This document shows, one piece after another, positions 20,486 through 29,133 of a DNA stretch of 64,000 bases (within the stretch, counting starts at the first letter, position 1; every line of letters begins with the position of its first letter). The notes beneath the pieces were generated by a model. The model saw only the letters and a program-made list of their open reading frames with translations. It had not been told where the DNA came from and did no database searches. Origin of the DNA: Theionarchaea archaeon (GTDB taxonomy: Archaea > Methanobacteriota_B > Thermococci > Methanofastidiosales > SZ-28-30); the NCBI GenBank assembly GCA_018992685.1, contig JACVGT010000019.1, positions 89,365 to 153,364 on the forward strand, given 5' to 3'. Made by a program: the position numbers and the translations under genes.

Positions 20486-20718
20486 TCTTCTGACCTCCGG
20501 GTATGGCTAATGGCTAAAAGCAGGATAAATGTGGACAGAGCAGCCCCAATAGCAACTTCTGTCATGGCTACATCTGGAGCCTGCAGCTGATAGAAGAGTA
20601 AAGCCAGGCACAGGCTGCACATCCCCAGAGACACGGCTGTATATATCAGATCTTTGAACTCTACGGCCACCAGCGCACTGGCAGCAAAGAGCACCAGCAA
20701 GATGAGATGTGAGATCAT
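20482..20718 (-). CDS. mbhD: MbhD-like subunit (DUF4040)
   Basis: QAPDVAMTEVAIGAAL. Confidence 0.9.
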   Translation of the reverse strand: MISHLILLVLFAASALVAVEFKDLIYTAVSLGMCSLCLALLFYQLQAPDVAMTEVAIGAALSTFILLLAISHTRRSEE

Positions 20719-21041
20719 TCAAACTCCTCCTTGAACGCGTCATAACTCCCGATTTTCATGCGGGTTCCTGATCTGTATGCAGCCCGGGCTATTGCATGGG
20801 CAGATGTTGGATTTCCCAGGACAATGAAGACGATGATAATGACAGCTTTGATGGCCACTTCTCCCTGCATGAGGAGTGCCACACCCAGAAGCGTGCACAT
20901 GGCACCCAGCGTGGTGCATTTGGTGGCTGCATGCATCCGGGTGAACATGTCGGGAAGTCGAAGCAATCCAATAGCACCCACCAGGAGAAAGAAGGTGCCT
21001 ATTGCGATGAGAATATCTGCGATGAGAGTTCCTGCCATCAT
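20715..21041 (-). CDS. mbhC: MrpG-like subunit
   Basis: GLLRLPDMFTRMHAATKCTTLG, NPTSAHAIARAAY. Confidence 0.92.
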   Translation of the reverse strand: MMAGTLIADILIAIGTFFLLVGAIGLLRLPDMFTRMHAATKCTTLGAMCTLLGVALLMQGEVAIKAVIIIVFIVLGNPTSAHAIARAAYRSGTRMKIGSYDAFKEEFE

Positions 21042-21301
21042 AATCCTCCCTCCAAGTAACGTGCAATGGCAATAACAGCAATAAAACTCAGCAGCGCGTA
21101 GATAATTGCCACATCTATCAACCACGTTCTATTATAGACAACGCCAAGAACAACCAGGAGAGCAGTAGTAATGGTGGTAGCAGCATCCAGAGCAATGACC
21201 CGGTCCCCTGCTGTAGGACCTTTCACGGCTCTCAAGAATGAAAGCAGAAATGCGAAAGAAATGACAAATACTGCACCCTGCAGAAAAGAGAGTTCCATCA
21301 T
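21038..21301 (-). CDS. mbhB: MrpF-like subunit
   Basis: GPTAGDRVIALD, DVAIIYALLSFIAVIAIARYL. Confidence 0.92.
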   Translation of the reverse strand: MMELSFLQGAVFVISFAFLLSFLRAVKGPTAGDRVIALDAATTITTALLVVLGVVYNRTWLIDVAIIYALLSFIAVIAIARYLEGGL

Positions 21302-21789
21302 GAAAACACCTTGTTCAAGAATCTCATGAATCGGCCAGTAATCATCTCTGCAGCTTCCTGTGGGTTATACGTTTGAATGTTCAGCCAGTGCACATAGAAA
21401 TTAGTGCCCACAACGTCCAGCGTAAGGGTCCCGGGAGTCAGAGTAATTGAATTTGCCAGAAGAGTCCTTCCGTAGTCTGACTGCAGGGATACAGGTACCC
21501 GGACGATTCCTGGGTTTATGGGCATTCTCGGATGGAGCACTCGATAGGCCACATCAAGGTTGGATTTGATGATCTCCCAGAGCAGGGCAGGGATATACAC
21601 GAGGAAGAAGACCACTCTCCTGGGATGAAGGCTCACAGCAGGGAACAGGTTCCTGGACAGGACTGCCACGATGAAAGCTGCAAGCAACCCCACTGCAAGA
21701 GGAGGATACCCCTGTTCCTGGATTTCAGACCAGGTCAGAAGAACCCACAGGATCAACGTTGCGATGAATGCAGAGATACATTGCTTCAT
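21298..21789 (-). CDS. mbhA: MrpE-like subunit
   Basis: SNLDVAYRVLHP, PGIV, LANSITLTPGTLT, VHW. Confidence 0.92.
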   Translation of the reverse strand: MKQCISAFIATLILWVLLTWSEIQEQGYPPLAVGLLAAFIVAVLSRNLFPAVSLHPRRVVFFLVYIPALLWEIIKSNLDVAYRVLHPRMPINPGIVRVPVSLQSDYGRTLLANSITLTPGTLTLDVVGTNFYVHWLNIQTYNPQEAAEMITGRFMRFLNKVFS

Positions 21790-21793
21790 AGGT

Positions 21794-22972
21794 TCACCTC
21801 AGAACTTCCACCACTTTGGTAGAGTCCATTTCCACTCTAATACCCGCGTCAGCCAGTTGATTCCGTACTGAAGGGGTTATAAACGGCATTGTTCCCATGA
21901 TCACAGGGATCTTTTGTGACGCCAGTGCAAGAGCAGCTGTCAACATCCTGGGGTCTCTCCACCTGGGCATGAGGACCGTGAGGGCTCGTATCCCCAGGAG
22001 TTTTGCCGGCTCGCAGCATCCCGCATTGATCACACAGGGGACCTGGAATTCGTTCATGAGAGCACATTGATGATCAGGATGTTCCAGCAGGCCACATGTC
22101 AAGTTCAGAACCATGAATTTCTGGCTGATCAACTGGTGAACGATGGCATCGAGGTTCCAGGTGCTCTTTCCAGACGCACAGCCCATGATTGCCACCACTC
22201 CCGCAATGAGACCAGAATCCACCGCCTTGTTGAGTGTTTCAGTGTCCACAGGATAACCCACTGTTGCACGTCGAGGAGTAACCTTTCTGAACGATGCCTG
22301 GTCCCTCCTGGAGAAATTTTCAACAGCAGTCTCACAGGCAGCAGCCACATCTCCACCTTGATACACATAGTCTATCATGTCGCCCGCTTCTTCAAGAATG
22401 TCAATTCCACCCAGCAGGGGAATCCCGAAATTCGAGGCAGCTTCCGCCCCTTCACACAGGGCACCTACAAGGTTAATCCCTCTGGCAGTGCGTCCCCTGG
22501 CCAGATCCCTCATTTTCTGACTTCTGGCCTGCTTTATTATGTCAGGAGAGTATACAGTGGTCACAATGTTCACTGCGTCCTTCTGTAAGACTCCAAGGCC
22601 AGACTCAACATTCCGAGGTTTTTTCTGATCTGACTGCCACTGGCCAACCAGCGTCTGCGAAGGTTCCAGAATGGAACCACTGGCTTTCACCAGATCCTGA
22701 ATAGTAACCCCTGCCTCATGGGTGTGAATCATCCTATCTAGTGAAAGAGGCACAGAGATTCCCACTCCATAATCAGTCAATCCCTTGAGGACATGCAGTC
22801 CCAGGTTCACAACATTCATACCTTCTGCATCAATCCCACAGGCCCCCACGTGGGGTTCTTCATCAAAAGGGTTTACAATACATGGCCCTAAATCACAATA
22901 CGTACACATCATACCGGCAGAAGCCAGCTCATTCTGAGGCTTCTGAGCCTGTAATCGATCCATTGTTTTCAT
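21794..22972 (-). CDS. Truncated, degenerate CooS (Ni-CODH)/HCP-superfamily Fe-S protein
   Basis: B-cluster CTYCDLGPC-x13-CG; CooS-like blocks LGVLQKDAVNI, RGINLVGALCEG.E..GIP, IAGVVAIMGC, LTCG, VINAGCC; only 392 aa. Confidence 0.8.
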   Translation of the reverse strand: MKTMDRLQAQKPQNELASAGMMCTYCDLGPCIVNPFDEEPHVGACGIDAEGMNVVNLGLHVLKGLTDYGVGISVPLSLDRMIHTHEAGVTIQDLVKASGSILEPSQTLVGQWQSDQKKPRNVESGLGVLQKDAVNIVTTVYSPDIIKQARSQKMRDLARGRTARGINLVGALCEGAEAASNFGIPLLGGIDILEEAGDMIDYVYQGGDVAAACETAVENFSRRDQASFRKVTPRRATVGYPVDTETLNKAVDSGLIAGVVAIMGCASGKSTWNLDAIVHQLISQKFMVLNLTCGLLEHPDHQCALMNEFQVPCVINAGCCEPAKLLGIRALTVLMPRWRDPRMLTAALALASQKIPVIMGTMPFITPSVRNQLADAGIRVEMDSTKVVEVLR

Positions 22973-23433
22973 GCCTTTCCTCTCCTCTCTTTCATGATCT
23001 GTGAAAACTCACCATATACGAGAGCATTGGTGGGGCAGGCACGGACACATGCGGGTCCTCCTACATTCCTGCACAGGTCACACTTTACCATTATCTGTCC
23101 ACGGGAATCAGGTTCAATGATTCCAATGGGACAGGCCACACTGCACGATCTGCACCCGATACACAGACCATCATCGATAACCACGATGCCATCGTCTCCC
23201 TTTTCAATGGCGTCCACCGGGCAGGCTTCCATGCAGGGAGGAACCTCACAGTGACGGCAGCTGAGCACAACAGTCTGTGTATTATCACCCTTCAGGAAAA
23301 TCCGAGTCTTGGGAAGAAGAGGTGCAGTAAGAGCCTGGTATACCGTGTCTGCATGCTTCCATGCCATGGAACATGCTACTTCACAATTGCGGCAAGCCAC
23401 ACATCGCTCTGAATCATAATAAAGTGCTTTCAT
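22969..23433 (-). CDS. CooF/HydN-type 4x[4Fe-4S] electron-transfer protein
   Basis: CVACRNCEVAC, CRHC..PCMEACP, CIGCRSCSVACP, KCDLC...PACVRACP. Confidence 0.9.
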   Translation of the reverse strand: MKALYYDSERCVACRNCEVACSMAWKHADTVYQALTAPLLPKTRIFLKGDNTQTVVLSCRHCEVPPCMEACPVDAIEKGDDGIVVIDDGLCIGCRSCSVACPIGIIEPDSRGQIMVKCDLCRNVGGPACVRACPTNALVYGEFSQIMKERRGKA

Positions 23434-23987
23434 TCGGGAACCCCTTCTGGTGCTACCTTTTAAATTTTACGCATGAAAACACATGTCCTCCGTGGACCCC
23501 CATGTCTCCCCTCTCATCGGGCAATAGTATCCTAGAATCTGTATTTATCGTGTGGATGTGCCTTGTCAAATCCATGGTACCTCCTCACAGCCAGGTAGCC
23601 CACGCTGCTTCTGTATCTTGCCAGGCTATCGATTTCAGCACAGACAATGATCTGGAAAAGTGTCAACGAAAGAAGAGAAAGCATTCTCCTGGGTGTGAAA
23701 GATTACGATACGATTCCTGGGTTGAAAGGTATTGCCTGTTCCCGCCCCAGGTTCGACAGCATGCCACGGATTATCAGTATCTGTAGAACCCAACTCCTGA
23801 ACGTGGGTAGAGAATGGTTACGAGCTTCTTTCCCTCAAGAAGTATGACTACTCCTCTTTCAGTCTCAGCTGGGCGATCACTCATAGGGCAGGCCTCGCAC
23901 CCTGACCGGGGAAAAGTTTTTATGCTCACCTCCATCATGTAATAACGCTAAGAGTTATTGATTAACAACATCGGCCCGAGGCACACC

Positions 23988-24788
23988 ATGAGCAAAGAAC
24001 TGCTGATCCAGAAAGGCAAAGAAATGCTGCTCGAAACGGGAGCCAAAGCTCTGCTGTTGTATGTTGAATCAGATTCAGATTTGGGACTTGCGCCTGAGAA
24101 CACCATTTTTGTGTATGACAACAAGAAGTTCAGTGAAATTGATGACACGGGAGTTCTCATTCCACTGAACGTAAGTCCTGAAGAGAGAATGAACCTCGCT
24201 ATTGCCGGAGCCATGGAAAAAGGCCTGCTCCACAAGAATGACAAAGTGATATACGTGAATAATAACAGTATTTCATTAAAAACAGCGAAAGAACAAATGG
24301 ATAAAGGGATATACAAGATCCTGTTCACTGCCGCAAATATTGACCCTGACGTGGTCAAAGAAGTCCTGGAAATCGCTGTTGAATTGGGGAAGAAAGGGCG
24401 AGAAGGAAAGCCTGTAGGAAGCACCTTCATCATTGGAGACTCAGGAGAAGTCATGAACAGGTCAACTCAGATCACATACAATCCCTTTCAGGGGAGCATG
24501 GTCAATATTCAGGACGACGTGGTGCGCAGCATGATAAAGGAGTATTCAAGGTTGGATGGAGCTTTTATCATTAGTGGCAAAGGGAAGATCATTGCGGCAG
24601 CACGATTTCTTGAATGCGGAAAGGAAGGAATCAAGATGCCCAAAGGATTGGGTGCTCGTCACATGGCTGCAGCATGGATAACCAAGAAGACAGATAGCAT
24701 TGGTGTTGTCCTCTCAGAATCAGATAATATGATTCGTGTCTTCTGGGACGGTGAGATGATTGAAGAGCTCGATCCTGAGAAGTTGTAG
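23988..24788 (+). CDS. dacZ: Diadenylate cyclase (archaeal DacZ type)
   Basis: GREGKPVG, LDGAF (DGA) and GLGARHMAAA (RHR-type) motifs, plus N-terminal extra domain; start placed at MSKELL. Confidence 0.9.
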   Translation: MSKELLIQKGKEMLLETGAKALLLYVESDSDLGLAPENTIFVYDNKKFSEIDDTGVLIPLNVSPEERMNLAIAGAMEKGLLHKNDKVIYVNNNSISLKTAKEQMDKGIYKILFTAANIDPDVVKEVLEIAVELGKKGREGKPVGSTFIIGDSGEVMNRSTQITYNPFQGSMVNIQDDVVRSMIKEYSRLDGAFIISGKGKIIAAARFLECGKEGIKMPKGLGARHMAAAWITKKTDSIGVVLSESDNMIRVFWDGEMIEELDPEKL

Positions 24789-24791
24789 GAG

Positions 24792-25619
24792 GTGATGCTG
24801 ATTTCATTTATTGAGGAATGGTTTGGACAAGTGATCAATCAACTGGAAGAACTGATCCCTCGACTGGTTAAATTCCTGGGAATCCTCATAGTCGCCTATA
24901 TTCTGGGGAGAATTCTCGCCTGGCTGGTAGCCACAATTCTTCGCAAACTGGAGTTTGAGCGGCTGACCAAGAAATCAGAGGCAGAGAGAATTGCACGACG
25001 ATTCGGCATGTCGTTAATTGGACTGATTGGATCGGTTGTGAAGTGGACCATTTATCTGATCGGGCTGCAGGTGGCTGTTGAAGCTGCTGGTCTTGATATT
25101 CTCAATCGGTTGATGCGGGGGATTGTCAGTTACATGCCCAACCTCATTCTGGCTCTAGCTATCTTCATTGTGGGAATACTGATAGCTGAGAAAGTGGGCA
25201 ACTTTGTGCAGGGTCTGGCCGAAGATGAAAAGGTTCCTCGATTCTGGATCCTGGGAAACCTTGTGCGGTACACAATATATCTGGTCGTAATGATTATGGC
25301 CCTCTCACAACTGAAGATATCCACTGATGTCCTGATAATCGTTACCGGTTCGATCTTTGCTGCCATCGGGTTGATTGTAGTCATTAGTTTGAGAGATGTT
25401 GGACCAAACGTTGCTGCAGGGATCCATTTGCTGTACGAAAAGACATTGAACGTCGGAGATACAGTCAAAGTCGGCCGGTATGAAGGGATCATTGAAGATA
25501 TTGGCATTGTGAAATCTATCATAAAGAATGAAGAGGGAGAGTTCATTGTCATCCCCAACTCACAGTTGATGAGAAGCATCATAATAAAGAAACTGTCTCC
25601 TGAAGAAGCACTGGAGTAG
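24792..25619 (+). CDS. mscS: Small-conductance mechanosensitive channel (MscS family)
   Basis: Repeated TM-helix units (LIPRL.., YMPNLI..), VGDTV, GIIEDIG, IPNSQL. Confidence 0.88.
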   Translation: MMLISFIEEWFGQVINQLEELIPRLVKFLGILIVAYILGRILAWLVATILRKLEFERLTKKSEAERIARRFGMSLIGLIGSVVKWTIYLIGLQVAVEAAGLDILNRLMRGIVSYMPNLILALAIFIVGILIAEKVGNFVQGLAEDEKVPRFWILGNLVRYTIYLVVMIMALSQLKISTDVLIIVTGSIFAAIGLIVVISLRDVGPNVAAGIHLLYEKTLNVGDTVKVGRYEGIIEDIGIVKSIIKNEEGEFIVIPNSQLMRSIIIKKLSPEEALE

Positions 25620-25800
25620 TCAGAGGCTTCTCATTTGTTTTGGCTGAGAAGGGGACACAGTCACGAGGCTCGTGATGTCATTACAGTCCCGGACCACAGA
25701 AAGAACATGGCTCTATGGGGGTTTCCTTTTTTCTCTTGTTCCTGATTGAGAGAAGTGACTGATTGGGAAAGTATTTAAAGGAACAACAATCTTGAAGGAT

Positions 25801-26994
25801 ATGAAAGTTCTGGCTGTATTCATGACTCTTTTGCTGGTAACAATGTCAGCATATGGGGAATTTGGACACGCCTCGCAGGTCATACTTCTGGTGGTTGATG
25901 GGGGTGACCCAGAGGTACTGTCTTTGGAAGGATTTCCTGTTGAAGGTCAAGGTACTGCTGTCTTCCCCCCCATGACCAGCACTGGACATATATCTCTTCT
26001 AACTGGAGTGTATCCCTCCCACCACGGCATCCTGGCCAATGAGTACAATGATGAACAGAAAACCCGGACCTACACATCCGATATGATAGAAGCTAAGACT
26101 CTCTTTGAAATCCTGAAGGAAAACAGGAAGAAGGGAATATTCATTTCTGGCAAGAAGGGATTGGCCGCCCTTGCAGGTGCAACAGCGAATCTGACAGTAA
26201 GTCCCGACTCCTATCCAGTGTACCTGAGAGATCCACCTCAGGATCAGGAGGGACTGACCCGCTGGCTCTTTGAAGCGATTACAGAAATTGACATACGAGA
26301 GCATCCTGACTTTTTTTGTGTCAATATTCCCATTCTAGATGGTGTTGGACATACGTACGGACCTTCCTCAGAGGAGTGTGAAGAGGCTGCCAGATTGGTG
26401 GAGGATTTGATTTATTCCTTGAGAGATTCCCTGGACAGTGAGACAGCCCTGATCGTGACCAGTGACCATGGAATGAGTTCTGTGTCCAAAACTGTCCCCA
26501 TTCATGCCCTGTTGAGGGCGGCGGGCTATGCGACCTGGCCACTGCATGTGGGTCGATGTGCATTCCTCTATGACGTGGAAGAGGGTGCAAGAGAGTTTGT
26601 TTCTAACCTTGAAGGAGTAGAGAGGATTGTTGAGCCTGACGCGTATCCCACGTTACATGTTGATCATGAGAGTGCTCCTGATCTGATCCTTGTGGCAAAG
26701 AAGGGATACCTGTTCATTCCAGAACCATTGCTGCAATACTACAGAGGGATGCATGGTTCATTTGATGAACAGGATATACCTCTTTATATGACTGGAGCGG
26801 GGATTTCCTCTGGGTATGTTGAGTGTAGTCAGGTGGACATTGCTCCTCTGGTGGTGGAGCTTCTTGGTCTTGAACCTGGGGTTGCATTTGATGGTTCAGT
26901 GCCCCAGGTACAAGAGAAAAAGGTTCAAGGGTACGGAATCCTGGTGGTAGCAGGAGTCGTCCTCTACCTCATCGGAAGGAACCTGTGGAGGTAA
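25801..26994 (+). CDS. Surface-anchored nucleotide pyrophosphatase/phosphodiesterase (alkaline phosphatase superfamily)
   Basis: Signal peptide; VDG, FPPMT..GH..LLTG.YP..HGI.AN, D..GH.YGP, TSDHGM, GMHG; C-terminal TM plus basic tail. Confidence 0.88.
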   Translation: MKVLAVFMTLLLVTMSAYGEFGHASQVILLVVDGGDPEVLSLEGFPVEGQGTAVFPPMTSTGHISLLTGVYPSHHGILANEYNDEQKTRTYTSDMIEAKTLFEILKENRKKGIFISGKKGLAALAGATANLTVSPDSYPVYLRDPPQDQEGLTRWLFEAITEIDIREHPDFFCVNIPILDGVGHTYGPSSEECEEAARLVEDLIYSLRDSLDSETALIVTSDHGMSSVSKTVPIHALLRAAGYATWPLHVGRCAFLYDVEEGAREFVSNLEGVERIVEPDAYPTLHVDHESAPDLILVAKKGYLFIPEPLLQYYRGMHGSFDEQDIPLYMTGAGISSGYVECSQVDIAPLVVELLGLEPGVAFDGSVPQVQEKKVQGYGILVVAGVVLYLIGRNLWR

Positions 26995-27120
26995 GACCTC
27001 CATTCAGCGCAGATGCGGGTTGTCACAGTAAAGCTCATATACATTGAGGTCCGTGCATTGATTGATGGTTGAGCTAACTCAGGTTGGATGCTCACGAGAA
27101 GCCACCATGAGGTGCTGGCT

Positions 27121-28560
27121 ATGGATATTTTGAATGTGCAGCAACGGTTGAATTCTGATGTAGAGAAAATGATAACAGAGAGGGACATTCAGGGACTGGT
27201 AACCACATTAGAGAAGGGAAAAGACTTTGCAACCCGAATGAGAGCAGCTGAAGGCCTAGGATTTATCAGAGATGAGAGAGCCATTACACCATTAATGAAC
27301 CTATTGAAGAGGAACCGAGGTGACGTCAAAGCTCTTGCACTCGTAGCTCTGGGGAGAATTCAGGGCAGAAGGGCTACTCAACTCCTTATTGACACGTTGA
27401 AAGATGATTCTCCTTACTGCCGCGAAGTATCAGCGATGATGCTCGGAGACTCAGGGGATGAGAGAGCTGTCGCCCCACTGATAGAGGCATTGAATGACCT
27501 GGATCATATTGTCGGGGAGAAAGCACGGTGGGCTCTGGTGGAGTTTGGAACGATGGCATTGTATCCGCTGATAGATGCACTTGAACATGGAAGCTCAGGA
27601 ACTCGAGAGGCAGCAATCCGGGCTCTGGGAGAAATAGGTGATGAACAGGCTACCTCTCCTCTGATACGGGCACTTGAGGACGAAAAGGATACCATACGCG
27701 AGGCGGCAGCTCAGGCCCTGGGAAGGATGAAGGGTAAGAGAGCTGTTCAACCCTTGATTCGCCTTCTTGAGGACAGGAACCCCAGTTGCCGCGAAGAAGC
27801 TGCTCGGGCTTTAGGTCTGATCAAGGATGGAGGAGCAGTAGGTGCTCTAATCAACATCTGTGGAGACGAAAACAAGGACGTTCGAGAGTCCGCAGTTCAA
27901 GCACTGGGAGAACTGGGTGATAAACGAGCCGTTGCTTCATTAACGAATTCTCTCCAAGACACGAATAAAGAGGTTCGGAAAGCAGCAGTTCAATCCCTCG
28001 GCAAAATAGGAGAAGAACAGGTGAAAGAACTTCTTATTCGGCTGTTACAGGAGAGTGACCGTACGTTACGGGAAGGAGCAGCAATGGCCCTGGGAGAGCT
28101 TCAGGAACTCAGAGCAGTAGATCCTCTCATATACGCTCTAGAGGACCCCAGTGGAAGGGTCCGTGAAGCAGCAATCAGAGCACTGGGGATGCTCAGAGAT
28201 AGAAGAGCTCTTGAACCATTGAGACGGGCGCTCAAAGAAGAATGGATTCGATGTAGCGTCAGGATGATGGGCTTTGAAACCAGAGTTACCAATTTGCCGG
28301 TCCTTGACAATAATTGGAATCAAATGCAGATTCTGAGCGCTCTCTACGAAATTCAGGGTGATAAGACCACACAATCTTTGATTGAAGCCCTCGAGGAGGC
28401 ACAAATCAACATTGGGAGAGATCTGACGCAGACCATCCACGACTACATTGAGAGATGGGGCGAAGTATTCCCTGGAGTCACCCGTGCTCAAAACAGATTC
28501 TTGAGAGCCTGGAGAATTCTCAAAGAAGGATTGACAGACACAGAGCGGGAATCGCAGTAG
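27121..28560 (+). CDS. HEAT/PBS-lyase repeat protein
   Basis: About 11 repeats of R..AA.ALG.IGD.RAV.PLI.AL.D. Confidence 0.9.
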   Translation: MDILNVQQRLNSDVEKMITERDIQGLVTTLEKGKDFATRMRAAEGLGFIRDERAITPLMNLLKRNRGDVKALALVALGRIQGRRATQLLIDTLKDDSPYCREVSAMMLGDSGDERAVAPLIEALNDLDHIVGEKARWALVEFGTMALYPLIDALEHGSSGTREAAIRALGEIGDEQATSPLIRALEDEKDTIREAAAQALGRMKGKRAVQPLIRLLEDRNPSCREEAARALGLIKDGGAVGALINICGDENKDVRESAVQALGELGDKRAVASLTNSLQDTNKEVRKAAVQSLGKIGEEQVKELLIRLLQESDRTLREGAAMALGELQELRAVDPLIYALEDPSGRVREAAIRALGMLRDRRALEPLRRALKEEWIRCSVRMMGFETRVTNLPVLDNNWNQMQILSALYEIQGDKTTQSLIEALEEAQINIGRDLTQTIHDYIERWGEVFPGVTRAQNRFLRAWRILKEGLTDTERESQ

Positions 28561-28621
28561 TTACCTGTACAGAGCGAGGCACCACAAGAAGAAAAGGCAG
28601 AAAAAAGGTTATAAAGACTAT

Positions 28622-29128
28622 CTAGGAAACCTCGAGATCAGTGACCCACCATACCCAGGCTTCAGGAGCATACACCTCTTGAGCGTCCTCTGAAAATACA
28701 ATCTTCAATGGTCCACCTGACTTGGTGCCAATCTCCTCACCATCTGCAGTATAGGCAATGAGAATACCGAGACCCAGATCCTCTGCCTTAATCACTGCAG
28801 AATAACCATCAGTTGCCACCACTGTTACTTCTGCGAAATTCTCTGCCCCGAGGTAATCCAGGATGTCCTTCAGTAAGACACCGCCATACTCTATGGTGAC
28901 CTCCAGGTGGGGATCTGGTATGACAATTGTGGTGTAGAGCAGTGACTTCAGAGTTTCCATGTCAAATTGAAATGAGCTTCCTGCGTTGACCTTTCCAATG
29001 TTTCCAGATACGGTGAGTACCACTTCCCCCTGTGGCCCGGGGACACTCACAGATTCCGTCTGTGAATCAGGTTGTTGAGTGAGGCACCCCACCATGAACA
29101 TCAGTCCTATAACAAGCAGCCGTTTCAT
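28622..29128 (-). CDS. Lipoprotein with molybdopterin-dependent oxidoreductase-like (Oxidored_molyb) fold
   Basis: Lipobox MVGC; YGGVLLKDIL, ATDGY, GGPLKIV, WVWWV; GGAGGTG RBS. Confidence 0.72.
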   Translation of the reverse strand: MKRLLVIGLMFMVGCLTQQPDSQTESVSVPGPQGEVVLTVSGNIGKVNAGSSFQFDMETLKSLLYTTIVIPDPHLEVTIEYGGVLLKDILDYLGAENFAEVTVVATDGYSAVIKAEDLGLGILIAYTADGEEIGTKSGGPLKIVFSEDAQEVYAPEAWVWWVTDLEVS

Positions 29129-29133
29129 TGCTA

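Noticed and set aside
14292-21789. Mbx/Mbs sulfane reductase or formate hydrogenlyase assignment
   Set aside because: The large subunit has both complete CxxC Ni-binding motifs, unlike MbsL, and no formate dehydrogenase gene is present
27121-28260. Periodic nucleotide repeats resembling an array
   Set aside because: These are degenerate codon-level echoes of HEAT protein repeats, not CRISPR; no CRISPR array or cas gene was seen in the window
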